Shown here: piece by piece, positions 20,764 to 30,251 of the stretch
Numbering within the stretch: the stretch's first letter is position 1
Layout: every line of letters begins with the position of its first letter
Assembly: GCA_944349925.1 (NCBI GenBank)
Contig: CALVNT010000008.1
Coordinates: forward strand, 2,114 to 66,113
DNA length: 64,000 bases
Source: an uncultured Clostridia bacterium
GTDB taxonomy: Bacteria; Bacillota; Clostridia; Christensenellales; UBA1242
Direction of reading: 5' to 3'
Made by a program: the position numbers and the translations under genes
The notes under the pieces: model-generated
What the model saw: the letters and a program-made list of their open reading frames with translations, nothing else
What the model was told of the DNA's origin: nothing
Databases searched by the model: none

Positions 20764-20791
20764 AAAAAACATGCATTATCGCATGTTTTTT
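20764..20791. terminator. Bidirectional intrinsic terminator
   Basis: AAAAAACATGC-ATTATC-GCATGTTTTTT between convergent genes. Confidence 0.75.
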
Positions 20792-20794
20792 AAT

Positions 20795-21568
20795 TTATAA
20801 AACGCTGAAAGCATTTTCTACAACACTATCAATTTCAAATGGAATTGTATTTTCGCCATTTAGATAAAAAAGATATTCTATATTTCCGCTTTTGCCTTTT
20901 ATTTTTGAATAAGTCAGACCTGAAATTACAAAATTACTGCTTTGAAGATAAGAGCAAAAATCTTTTAACAGCTTTATATGAATTGCCCTATTTTTTACTA
21001 CACCCTTGTATTTTTTTGCTAAATCTTTGCCACACTCAAACTGTGGCTTAAAAAGAATACAAATTTCAATTTTATTACCAAAAAGTTCAATAATTTTAGA
21101 AAATATATTTTTTAGAGATATAAAAGATATATCACCAACAATAAAATTGACATCAAAACATCTGTCAAAAACAAGTTCTCTAAAATCTATCCCGCTAAGA
21201 TTGACAACTTTTTTGTTTTCTCTTAAACTTTCATCTAATTCATCTTTGCCAATATCTACAGAATAAACTTTTTTTGCACCGTGTTCCAACGCAACTTCAG
21301 TAAATCCCCCAGTTGACGCTCCAATATCTAATACAATTTTGTCGTTAAAATTTAATTTAAAATCTTGTATTGCACCTAAAAGTTTATATGCTCCCCTTGA
21401 AACATAATTTTTATGTTCTTTAACAACTATTTCATCTTGATTGTCAACTTCAAAAGAAACTTTATCAACCATTTGTTCTTTTACATAAATAAGTTGATTT
21501 TTTATCATTTGTTGTGCTTTTGACCTTGAAATATTAAATTTTTCGCAAATAAATTTATCTAATCTCAT
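20795..21568 (-). CDS. tlyA: TlyA family rRNA methyltransferase/hemolysin
   Basis: S4 domain (MRLDK), YVSRGAYKL, DIGASTGGFT, KPQFE, GNIEYL. Confidence 0.9.
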   Translation of the reverse strand: MRLDKFICEKFNISRSKAQQMIKNQLIYVKEQMVDKVSFEVDNQDEIVVKEHKNYVSRGAYKLLGAIQDFKLNFNDKIVLDIGASTGGFTEVALEHGAKKVYSVDIGKDELDESLRENKKVVNLSGIDFRELVFDRCFDVNFIVGDISFISLKNIFSKIIELFGNKIEICILFKPQFECGKDLAKKYKGVVKNRAIHIKLLKDFCSYLQSSNFVISGLTYSKIKGKSGNIEYLFYLNGENTIPFEIDSVVENAFSVL

Positions 21569-21712
21569 ATATACATATTAAACTTTTAAAACTAAAAAAG
21601 CAATAAAATACAACTCTTTTAATTTAGATTAGCATTATTTTTAATTATTAAAAAAAAGATATTGATTATTATAATATCTTTTTGATTTAATAAAATTTTT
21701 ATAATACAAAAA

Positions 21713-22405
21713 TCAGAATTTAATCCTATTTATGATAATATCTTCAACAATTAATTTTTTGTCATTGAAAATATTTTCATAAATAATTTCTGCTAGGTCT
21801 TTTGCTGGCATGAAAGTTGCTTGCTTCTCCGAGGAAACGTAATCCCTACTATTTTTATAAAAATTAGTATTTATTCCTCCTGGATAAATTCCATAAATTT
21901 GCACTTTAGTGCCATTATAACAAGATTTCAAACTTTCTGTATATCCTCTTTCGCCCCATTTTGTTGCACAATAAACACTTTCTTGCTTGTTACCTCGAAG
22001 AGCCGCAGAAGACATTATGTTTATTATTTTTCCGCCAGATTTTTCCATATTTTTTAGAACATTGGTAGAAAGATAAATCATTCCTTTTAATCCTTCAAAA
22101 CATAGATCTACATCTTCCGCAGTATATTCTGTAGGCATTTTAAAAACAGGAGATCCCGCATTATTAATTAATGCCACTACCTTCCCTAACTTGTTTATTT
22201 TGTTAACAACTGAAATTACAAAATCTTCGTTAGAAATATCACCACAAAAGGAAATATAGTTGCTACCATACTCTTTTTCTAACTTTTTTGAAGCAATTTC
22301 ATCTTTATCAATATTACATACTAAGTAATTTTTAGCAATTAAAATCTTTACTAATTCAAGACCCAATCCGTTTGCTCCACCACTTATAACAATAATATTT
22401 TTCAC
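21713..22405 (-). CDS. SDR family oxidoreductase
   Basis: SGGANGLG, NNAG, YCATK; likely GTG start at 22405 after AGGAG. Confidence 0.9.
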   Translation of the reverse strand: MKNIIVISGGANGLGLELVKILIAKNYLVCNIDKDEIASKKLEKEYGSNYISFCGDISNEDFVISVVNKINKLGKVVALINNAGSPVFKMPTEYTAEDVDLCFEGLKGMIYLSTNVLKNMEKSGGKIINIMSSAALRGNKQESVYCATKWGERGYTESLKSCYNGTKVQIYGIYPGGINTNFYKNSRDYVSSEKQATFMPAKDLAEIIYENIFNDKKLIVEDIIINRIKF

Positions 22406-22481
22406 ATAATCTCCTTTTTTCTTAATAAATCTTGCCAAAGTATTTTGTAAAATTTAAAAATTATGTTTTTTAAATAGAATA

Positions 22482-24116
22482 TTATTCTACACTTACTAAA
22501 TAATAATACACAGGTTGCCCACCATAAACTGCACTTACTTCAATATCTGGATATTTTTTTCCTAAAGTTTCAACAAGAGCATTGGCTTCTTCTTCGCGAA
22601 TGTCTTCGCCATAGAAAAGTGTTATATTCATAATTGACTCGTCAATCATTTTTTCAATAAGTTTGGCAGTAGTATCATTAACAAGTTTTCCTTTTGCGAG
22701 AATTGCTTTGTCATCTAGCCCAATAATTTCACCGACCGCCAAATCAAACCCATCAACATGAGTATCTCTTACTGCATAAGTTACAGCACCTGATCTCACA
22801 TTTTTTATAGCGTCTTTCATAGCTTCCACATTTTCTTCGACACTTCCATCTGGGTTGAAAGACAATGATGCCGTAATACCTTCTGGAACAGACCTTGTAG
22901 GAACAACAATAATATTTTTTGAAGTAAGGTCGTTTGCCTGCTCTGCAGCCAAAACAATATTTTTGTTGTTAGGGAAAACAATAACATTAGTTGCCGGAAC
23001 CTTATCACAGGCAGCTGCGATATCTTCTGCACTAGGGTTCATAGTTTGTCCGCCAGTAATAATTTCATCAACTCCCATATCTTTAAAAATATTTGCAATT
23101 CCATCACCAGGAGCAACCGCAACCATACCAATTTCTTTGGTGATTTCTTGAACTAAAGCTTTCTTTTTAAGTTCACGATTTTGCTCTAGCATATTTTCAA
23201 TTTTTAAATTGTAAAGTTCTCCAAGCTCAAGAGCGTATTCAAGTGCTTTATTAGGTTCATTAGAATGCACATGAACCTTAACCAAACTAAGATCTCCAAT
23301 GCAAATAACAGAATCACCAATTTGCATCAATTTTTCGCGTAACTTATCAATATCGGCTTCAGTGGTTTTCTTTTTCATATTGATAATCATATATTCTGTG
23401 CAATATCCAAATTGAATATCACCCAAGTTGTTGATATCTGCAATAACATCATCAACAGTTTGAGGTTTTTTCTCATCTTCAAAACTGAATTCAAAATTTT
23501 CTTCACCTATAAGAAGTTTATAAAAACCAGTAAAAATAACAATTATTCCGCGTCCGCCAGCATCTACTACACCGGCCTTTTTAAGAACAGGCAACATTTC
23601 TGGAGTTTGTTTTAAAATTTCTTCGCCTGTATCAAGCACTTTTTTCAAGAACACTTCAAAATCATCACATTTTTTTGCCACATTAACAGCATTTTCTGCC
23701 ATAACGCGAATAACAGTCAAAATAGTTCCCTCTTTAGGTTTTGTAACTGCCTTATAAGCGATGTTAGCCCCTTCCTGCATAGCACGAGCAAAAATCTTTG
23801 TAGTTATTTCACTACATTTGGCTGTTTCTGAGCAAAAACCTTTAAAGATTTGAGAAGTTATAACACCACTATTTCCACGAGCACCTTTAAGCGCACCTTT
23901 AGAAAAGGCCTCGCTAAGAGAATCTAAATTATTGTTAATGCATTTAGAAAGTTCATTGACCGCAGATTTCATAGTTAAAAACATATTTGTGCCAGTATCC
24001 CCATCAGGAACAGGGAACACATTAAGTGAATCTACATACTTTTTATTTTGTTCAAGCAAGCCAGCCCCAGCAATTATCATTTTGCGGAAGGTTGCTCCGT
24101 TAATAGTTTTAATCAT
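22482..24116 (-). CDS. fakA: DAK2 domain fatty acid kinase subunit (YloV/FakA)
   Basis: LNVFPVPDGDTGTNM, GARGNSGVI, GYCTE, GGQTMNPS. Confidence 0.93.
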   Translation of the reverse strand: MIKTINGATFRKMIIAGAGLLEQNKKYVDSLNVFPVPDGDTGTNMFLTMKSAVNELSKCINNNLDSLSEAFSKGALKGARGNSGVITSQIFKGFCSETAKCSEITTKIFARAMQEGANIAYKAVTKPKEGTILTVIRVMAENAVNVAKKCDDFEVFLKKVLDTGEEILKQTPEMLPVLKKAGVVDAGGRGIIVIFTGFYKLLIGEENFEFSFEDEKKPQTVDDVIADINNLGDIQFGYCTEYMIINMKKKTTEADIDKLREKLMQIGDSVICIGDLSLVKVHVHSNEPNKALEYALELGELYNLKIENMLEQNRELKKKALVQEITKEIGMVAVAPGDGIANIFKDMGVDEIITGGQTMNPSAEDIAAACDKVPATNVIVFPNNKNIVLAAEQANDLTSKNIIVVPTRSVPEGITASLSFNPDGSVEENVEAMKDAIKNVRSGAVTYAVRDTHVDGFDLAVGEIIGLDDKAILAKGKLVNDTTAKLIEKMIDESIMNITLFYGEDIREEEANALVETLGKKYPDIEVSAVYGGQPVYYYLVSVE

Positions 24117-24129
24117 AAATAAATTTCTC

Positions 24130-24480
24130 CTAAACTCTTACGCCGACAACATGGACATTGACTGCACCAACAAGCATCCCAGTAAAGTTTTCTACTGAGT
24201 ATTTGACAGATTTGCGAAGCGACTCTGCCACGGCGCTTATTGAAACCCCATATTTTAAAATGCAGTATACATCAATATAAATACGATTGTCGATATGACT
24301 TATTTTGATACCTTTAGAGTAAGACTCTTTTTTCATCAATTCTCGGGCGCTATCAACAACAGATTTAGAGACTAAATCGACAACGCCATAGCAATCAAGA
24401 ACAGCATAACCCGCAACAACCCTGATGGAGTTGTCGGAAATAGAGATGTTGCCATAGTAATTATTTGTATCGACCGTCAA
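24130..24480 (-). CDS. Asp23/Gls24 family protein (YloU)
   Basis: YGNISIS..CYGVV..YGVSI..VNVHVVGV; yloU-yloV-rpmB synteny. Confidence 0.88.
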   Translation of the reverse strand: MTVDTNNYYGNISISDNSIRVVAGYAVLDCYGVVDLVSKSVVDSARELMKKESYSKGIKISHIDNRIYIDVYCILKYGVSISAVAESLRKSVKYSVENFTGMLVGAVNVHVVGVRV

Positions 24481-24704
24481 AGGAAAAGCCCCCTAATAAA
24501 AGAATTGATAAAGATTGTCCCAAAAAGAACACCTTTACTGATATATATTACTACACAAAACAAAAAAATACAAATATTTTATTGAGATTTTTGCCAAAAT
24601 AAGCACAAAAATTTTGTAAAGACAAAAAATTATAAAAAAAGAGTTGATTTTTTAGAAAAAAAATGATATAGTAAAGTGCAAAGTAAAACATATGGGAGGA
24701 AATT

Positions 24705-24887
24705 ATGAGCAGAACATGTGACATTTGTGGAAGAGGAAAATCAACAGGAAAACAAGTTTCTTTCTCAAATAAAAAATATAACAGAACTTATGAATTAAAC
24801 CTTCAACAAACAGTAATAGATGTTGATGGCAAACCTGTAAAAGTTAAAGCCTGCACAAAATGTATTAGAACAGCGAAGAAAGCATAA
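24705..24887 (+). CDS. rpmB: 50S ribosomal protein L28
   Basis: MSRTCDICG..G..VSFSN..NLQ..CTKC. Confidence 0.95.
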   Translation: MSRTCDICGRGKSTGKQVSFSNKKYNRTYELNLQQTVIDVDGKPVKVKACTKCIRTAKKA

Positions 24888-24912
24888 TCTTTTTCGCTTA
24901 ATTTTTGTAAGG

Positions 24913-24940
24913 GCTTGAGAGAAAATCTCAAGCTTTTTTA
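24913..24940. terminator. Intrinsic terminator between rpmB and the spoVM-like gene
   Basis: GCTTGAGA-GAAAA-TCTCAAGC followed by a T run. Confidence 0.7.
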
Positions 24941-24948
24941 TTTAACGC

Positions 24949-25053
24949 CTACTCTTCTTCTTTCTTTTGGAATTTGCGTAAAAATCCCGCCATCCACTTT
25001 GGCGCTTTAATGCAGATTATGCGAAATTTCTTTTCCTCGTTTTGTTTTTTCAT
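24949..25053 (-). CDS. spoVM: SpoVM-like small sporulation peptide (34 aa, below the ORF-track cutoff)
   Basis: MKKQNEEKKFRIICIKAPKWMAGFLRKFQKKEEE resembles SpoVM (KFYTIKLPKFLGGIVR) including the key Pro; convergent with rpmB as in B. subtilis. Confidence 0.7.
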   Translation of the reverse strand: MKKQNEEKKFRIICIKAPKWMAGFLRKFQKKEEE

Positions 25054-25061
25054 ATTATTTT

Positions 25062-27155
25062 TTATTCCCCTTTCAACCTTTTTGTGCAACTTTTTTCACA
25101 ATCTTTACAGTCATTGCAAAGTTTTTTCTTTTTTATTTTTTTTATAATTGTAATGATACTTACAATTATTGCAAAAATACAAATCACTGTAAGCATTACT
25201 TTTGCATAACCAAAAATTTGGATAAGCAAAGCCACATTATATATTATCATTGCCACAAAATAGGCAATAACAAATTGTGAGATTGCTCCAAAAATAGTCC
25301 ATTTTTTGCCAATTTCTTTACTTAGCACGCCTACCGAAGCAAGACACGGAAAATACAAAAGACAAAAGACCAGATAAGATAAAACTGATGCGCCGCTTGT
25401 AAAGAAAACTGCACTTGAGGTGTCTTTAATTGAAGATGAAAGTTGCCAGTTGTCAACATGATTAAAAAGTGCAATAGAAGATACAATAACCTCTTTAGCA
25501 ATCAAGCCTGCAATGAGCGCCGACACAAGTCCCCAACTGCCGAAACCCAATGGCACAAACATAGGAGCAAACAATTTTCCAAGCGTTTGCAAAATGCTCT
25601 CTGCTCCACTACTAGGCACATAATCTAAACTAAAAGAAAAACTAGAAAGCACCCAAATAATAGTGTTCATGGCAATGATTAAAGTCCCTACTCTAACCAA
25701 AAACATTTTGCAGTTTTCAAAAAAAACTTTTAATATTTGCTTAAAAGAGACACTACGATATGGCGGGAACTCCAAAATAAAAGACTGCTCTTTGCTTTTA
25801 AGGACTGTTTTTTCGAATATTAAACTCATTATGACAGCAATAACGACACCTAAAATATAAAGCCCCATAATAACAAAAATATTACTAGCACCAAAGAAAG
25901 CGCCTCCTAAGCAAACATATATAGGAAATTTTGCCGAACAACTCATATAGGGAGTTAAAAGCGCTGTTTTAACTTTTGCATTTTGATCCTCCATATTTCT
26001 TGCCGTCAATATAGCGGTAGTCGAGCAACCAAAACCCATTAAAAGAGTATAAACGCTTTTCCCAGACAAACCAACTTTAGACAAAATATCTTCAGTAACA
26101 AATGCCACTCTTGCAAGATAGCCACTATCTTCGAGCAACGAAAGAAACACAAAAAGCAATGCTACTTGTGGCAAAAAGGTGATAACCGAGCCAACCCCTC
26201 CAAAGATAGCATTTTCAAAAAAGCCATAAATCCAACTGCTTGACCCAACCCAGTTTTCAATGACATGTAAAAATGGTGTCGAAACAAATTTATTCAATAA
26301 TAATTCTAGGCAATCAGATAAAAAAGCTCCAACAGAAAAAAATGTTAAATAAAAAACACCTGCCAAAATAAGCAAGAAAATAGGGACAGCTAAAAACTTG
26401 TTAAGTAAGATATTATCTATCTTGCTTTGTCCGTAAATTTTATTATCCTTTTGCGTGCAATCGCTTAAAAGCTGGTCGATATAATCATATCTTTCTTTGG
26501 CAACTTTCTCCGCTCCATTAAATTTTTCGTTAACATTAAATCTTTTTTTGATATCCTCATCATCTTCAAAAAGTTTAATTGCATAGAAAGTTTGTTTTTC
26601 TTTAGCAACACTTGCAGGCAAATTATTTACACAATCTTTTAAATTAAATTTGTTAAGATACGGCAAATTTGGCTTAACTTTTTTAAAATTTACAATTTCA
26701 TTTTTTAATATTTGCATACTTGCCTTATCAGATGCATCAAGTGCTAAAACCTTAACCCCCAATTTTTTTTCTAATTTTGCAAGGTCAATTTTTCTTAATC
26801 TTTTTTTCTCAATTTGATTTACTAATACTATTAAATTTACACCAAGTTCAATCAAGCCAAGTGTTAGATATAGATTTCTTTGTAAATTGTTATAATCACA
26901 AATGTTTATAACTATATCATTTTGATGAGAAAGTAAATAGTCTGTTGCAACTTTTTCTTCGAAAGATAATCGTGACAGTGAATAAATGCCGGGCAAATCT
27001 ACTACTTCTATTTTTTTACCATCAAAAAAGATATCCCGACTTTTTTCTTCGACGGTGACACCATGCCAATTCCCCACATGCTCATTTGCACCTGTCAAAG
27101 TGTTGAAAAGTGTTGTTTTTCCAGTATTAGGATTTCCAATCAAACTAACCCTCAT
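25062..27155 (-). CDS. feoB: Ferrous iron transporter B
   Basis: GNPNTGKTTLFN, VGNWHGVTVE, DLPGIYS, EDSGYLAR, GFGC, multiple TM helices. Confidence 0.93.
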   Translation of the reverse strand: MRVSLIGNPNTGKTTLFNTLTGANEHVGNWHGVTVEEKSRDIFFDGKKIEVVDLPGIYSLSRLSFEEKVATDYLLSHQNDIVINICDYNNLQRNLYLTLGLIELGVNLIVLVNQIEKKRLRKIDLAKLEKKLGVKVLALDASDKASMQILKNEIVNFKKVKPNLPYLNKFNLKDCVNNLPASVAKEKQTFYAIKLFEDDEDIKKRFNVNEKFNGAEKVAKERYDYIDQLLSDCTQKDNKIYGQSKIDNILLNKFLAVPIFLLILAGVFYLTFFSVGAFLSDCLELLLNKFVSTPFLHVIENWVGSSSWIYGFFENAIFGGVGSVITFLPQVALLFVFLSLLEDSGYLARVAFVTEDILSKVGLSGKSVYTLLMGFGCSTTAILTARNMEDQNAKVKTALLTPYMSCSAKFPIYVCLGGAFFGASNIFVIMGLYILGVVIAVIMSLIFEKTVLKSKEQSFILEFPPYRSVSFKQILKVFFENCKMFLVRVGTLIIAMNTIIWVLSSFSFSLDYVPSSGAESILQTLGKLFAPMFVPLGFGSWGLVSALIAGLIAKEVIVSSIALFNHVDNWQLSSSIKDTSSAVFFTSGASVLSYLVFCLLYFPCLASVGVLSKEIGKKWTIFGAISQFVIAYFVAMIIYNVALLIQIFGYAKVMLTVICIFAIIVSIITIIKKIKKKKLCNDCKDCEKSCTKRLKGE

Positions 27156-27385
27156 TTCTCCTCCACAACAATTTGGTCTGCAATTTTAGATCGAAGAGAT
27201 AAAAGATAACCCCTTATTTCAATCAATATAACTTTATTTAAAAGAGAACTTTTTAATTTTTTTACAATCTGTCCTTGAGTAAAACCAAGGTCAAAAAGTC
27301 TTCTTTTCACAGAAAGAGGACAATCATCAGAAATACGAACAATTCTCATGCTTTTAGATTTAGGACAGGAAAAAAGTGTTAACAT
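27152..27385 (-). CDS. feoA: FeoA family protein
   Basis: RRLFDLGF..G..IEIRGY.LSLR; overlaps the feoB start. Confidence 0.88.
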   Translation of the reverse strand: MLTLFSCPKSKSMRIVRISDDCPLSVKRRLFDLGFTQGQIVKKLKSSLLNKVILIEIRGYLLSLRSKIADQIVVEEK

Positions 27386-27497
27386 ACAAATAATTTATTT
27401 TACTGTCCAAGACAAAATGACAAATTGATACAAAAATATAAAAAATATTTGCTATAATTAAAAAAATTGTGCTATATTTAGTGTAAGGAGAAGAGAA

Positions 27498-27941
27498 ATG
27501 AGATGTATATATTGTGGTCATAACGAAAGTAAAGTGTTAGATTCTAGAAATAGTGAAGAAGCAAATTCAATTAGAAGAAGAAGAGAGTGTCTTAATTGCG
27601 GAAGAAGATTTACAACATACGAAACTGTTGAAACAACACCCGTATTAGTTGTAAAAAACGATGGTTCTAGACAACCTTTTGATTCAAACAAAGTTAAAAG
27701 TGGAATTATAAAAGCTTGCGAAAAACGCCCTGTATCTATGAGCCAAATTGATGGCATTGTATTAGAAATTGAAAAAAAAGCTCAATCAAAACCAAATCAA
27801 GAAATTTCTTCAGCGGAAATAGGAGAAATGGTTATGGACGCTTTAAAAGGATTAGACGAAGTCGCATTTGTTCGCTTTGCTTCAGTTTATCGCAAATTTG
27901 CTGATATAACATCATTTAAAAAATTACTTGAAAATATGTAA
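27498..27941 (+). CDS. nrdR: Transcriptional repressor NrdR
   Basis: MRCIYCG..KVLDSR..IRRRRECLNCGRRFTTYE; ATP cone; AFVRFASVY. Confidence 0.96.
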   Translation: MRCIYCGHNESKVLDSRNSEEANSIRRRRECLNCGRRFTTYETVETTPVLVVKNDGSRQPFDSNKVKSGIIKACEKRPVSMSQIDGIVLEIEKKAQSKPNQEISSAEIGEMVMDALKGLDEVAFVRFASVYRKFADITSFKKLLENM

Positions 27942-27971
27942 TTTTTAAAGCTTGCAAGCATATATAAAATT

Positions 27972-28343
27972 ATGAAAAAAATTGAATTAGCAGAGTTCTC
28001 GCTTGCAGAAATGATTTCTATAATATCAAAAAAAAGCATAGTCAACATTCTAGATATGAATGATTGCCTATGTTTTTTGTTTCAAGATGGCGTAAGCGCT
28101 TATGAAATGCTAGATGCAATGGAGATTGCTAGGCCTTACATTTTAAAAAAATATCCTAAATTAAAAGATTTTGAAACTTTCCAAATGCATTTTAGTGATG
28201 GAAACAACATAAAAAAGTGCAAAGAAGAAATAGACCAATTTGTATTAAATAAAGAAAAAATATATGGAAAAAGTTTTATTTTAAAACCATTACCTGAAAA
28301 AGAGCGTCTGAAACTTTTAAATTTTGAAGAAGAAAATATTTAA
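27972..28343 (+). CDS. Hypothetical protein
   Basis: 123-aa ORF; no confident family. Confidence 0.55.
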   Translation: MKKIELAEFSLAEMISIISKKSIVNILDMNDCLCFLFQDGVSAYEMLDAMEIARPYILKKYPKLKDFETFQMHFSDGNNIKKCKEEIDQFVLNKEKIYGKSFILKPLPEKERLKLLNFEEENI

Positions 28344-28380
28344 ACTTTAAGTAAATAACACTCTTATTAAATTTTATTCT

Positions 28381-29418
28381 TTATTTTTCATTTGCAATAT
28401 CAGAAAATGATGTGTTTTGCAAATTTATGTTTTTGTATTTTTTGCTTTTAGTAACATCTCTGCCAAACCAAGAAGGCTCTTTAAACTTTTTTGCTTCTGC
28501 TAAAGAAGAAAATTCTACTTCAACTGTTCTAAGCCCTTTCAATTTTCCAAGATAAAAGTCAATTTCTGCCGTTTTGTTTGCTAAAGGATAATAAAATCGC
28601 ACTTTTTTAATAATATCATCACTTGCTTTTTTTAAAAGAGATTGATATTCTTCCTCTGAAATTTCATATTCAAATTCTTGTCTTTCTATACCCGAGCCAA
28701 ATTTTTCTGTAATATAAAACTTTTTGTGATTGATATCTCGAACGCGATATTCTTTTTCATTCGAATTAAGATAAAATTGAGTAATAAAATCTTTTTTGCA
28801 ATCTTTTAAACCTTTGGGCATTGATTTTAAAATAAACTTGCGTTCAATTTCATTTCCGTCTTTTTTTAGTTTTTCATTATTTTTTATTCTTTCTACAATT
28901 TTATTTACAATTATTTCGCAACAGTCTTGACTAGAAGAGAGCGTTTGAAAATCAATAGGTAAACTAGACATCAATGCTTGCAAAACTTTTTCTTCCTTTT
29001 TTGCCTGCTCTTCATTTTGATAACGCCCTTCTTGCTTATATTCATGGTCTCTTTTTATGAAAAAGTTTAAATTGTCAAAAGTTGAATAACAGTATAAAAC
29101 AATATCATTGAATGTTTTGTTTGGAATTTGATTAAAGTTCCCCTTACTATTGTAGAAAATACTAAGTAAAATTGGTGAATCGGTTACAATTATTTTCACC
29201 TTATCTCTTATACTGTCCAAATTGTAATATTGATTAGCAAATATGTAAAGCTGATTATTTAATTTCTTAAAATTTTCTTCATACACAATTTGCTTGGCAA
29301 ACTCTGGTACATACTCACAATTATACCCTTTCATTTTTAAACTAGCAAAAACTCTAGTGGCTAGCGTCGACTTGCCCGAGCCTGCCGCTCCTAATAAATT
29401 TACAACAATAGTTTTCAT
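28381..29418 (-). CDS. NadR/AAA_28-like P-loop kinase fused to a CYTH domain
   Basis: N-terminal NLLGAAGSGKST, EYVPEFAK, TDSPILL, GRYQ; C-terminal EIERKF, E.E, EIDFY, VEVEF, P.WFG.DVT. Confidence 0.8.
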   Translation of the reverse strand: MKTIVVNLLGAAGSGKSTLATRVFASLKMKGYNCEYVPEFAKQIVYEENFKKLNNQLYIFANQYYNLDSIRDKVKIIVTDSPILLSIFYNSKGNFNQIPNKTFNDIVLYCYSTFDNLNFFIKRDHEYKQEGRYQNEEQAKKEEKVLQALMSSLPIDFQTLSSSQDCCEIIVNKIVERIKNNEKLKKDGNEIERKFILKSMPKGLKDCKKDFITQFYLNSNEKEYRVRDINHKKFYITEKFGSGIERQEFEYEISEEEYQSLLKKASDDIIKKVRFYYPLANKTAEIDFYLGKLKGLRTVEVEFSSLAEAKKFKEPSWFGRDVTKSKKYKNINLQNTSFSDIANEK

Positions 29419-29437
29419 AAAATCTCCTCCTTAAGTT

Positions 29438-29454
29438 TGCGTATTTTGTACGCA
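29438..29454. promoter_or_regulatory. Putative NrtR operator upstream of the kinase-CYTH gene
   Basis: Palindrome TGCGTA-TTTTG-TACGCA, fitting the GT-N7-AC core described for NrtR sites. Confidence 0.7.
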
Positions 29455-29500
29455 TTTATATTGATATATAAAAAGGGATAAAACCCTTTAATATCTAAAC

Positions 29501-30151
29501 TTAATCTGCAAACATGTAAAGTTTAGAAGGTTTTTTCCCGTTTGCACTTTCAATTTTGCCGGTATCAATAATAATATTTTTTTGTAAAAGCCTTTTTCTA
29601 AAATTACGCCTATCAACATGTTTGTTTAAAATGCTTTCGTAAGCCTTATGTAAGGAAGGCAAAGTAAAATACTTTGGAAATAAATCTTTTAAAATATTAG
29701 TGTCAAAAATTTGTCCTTTTAGAAATTCGATAGCATCACCAAGAATTTCTTGATGGTCGTAACCCAAATTAGGAATTCTATCAATCAAAAACCAATCAGC
29801 ATCTTGCGTTTTAGTTGTTTCTTTTAAGAATTTTACTCTATTTGCATCAATAACTCCAATATAAGCAATAGCAATCATTCTGCACACAGGACTTCTGTCT
29901 GGCTTAGAATAAACATTAAACATTTTAAATTTAATATTTTTAAGACCTGCTTTTTCCAGCATTTCTCTTTTCATTGCACTATCAACATCTTCGTTGTTAT
30001 AGCACGCCCCGCCAAGTAAAATCCATTTGTCTTTAAAAGGTTGATTTTTTCTTTTGATAAGAAAAACTTTAACTTTTCCCTCTTCCGCAGTAAAAAGCGC
30101 AAGCACGACATGAATACCTTGATTTTTATAAAGCGGATTTTTGATATCCAT
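29501..30151 (-). CDS. nrtR: NrtR family regulator (Nudix + wHTH)
   Basis: LIKRK..PFKDKW.L.GG, KREM.EK.GL, PDRSP, L.YDH, FTL..L...YE.IL....DRRNFRK, KPSKLY. Confidence 0.88.
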   Translation of the reverse strand: MDIKNPLYKNQGIHVVLALFTAEEGKVKVFLIKRKNQPFKDKWILLGGACYNNEDVDSAMKREMLEKAGLKNIKFKMFNVYSKPDRSPVCRMIAIAYIGVIDANRVKFLKETTKTQDADWFLIDRIPNLGYDHQEILGDAIEFLKGQIFDTNILKDLFPKYFTLPSLHKAYESILNKHVDRRNFRKRLLQKNIIIDTGKIESANGKKPSKLYMFAD

Positions 30152-30170
30152 TTAAACTCCTTACTTTTTT

Positions 30171-30199
30171 ATTATATGCGTACAAAATACACAAGTCAA
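30171..30199 (-). promoter_or_regulatory. SigA promoter of nrtR whose 17-bp spacer is a second NrtR operator
   Basis: TTGACT-TGTGTATTTTGTACGCA-TATAAT; the spacer matches the 29438 palindrome at 16/17. Confidence 0.8.
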
Positions 30200-30251
30200 G
30201 CAATTTAAAAAAAATTTATAGATTTCTCTATAAATTTTTTTGTGCAATTAA

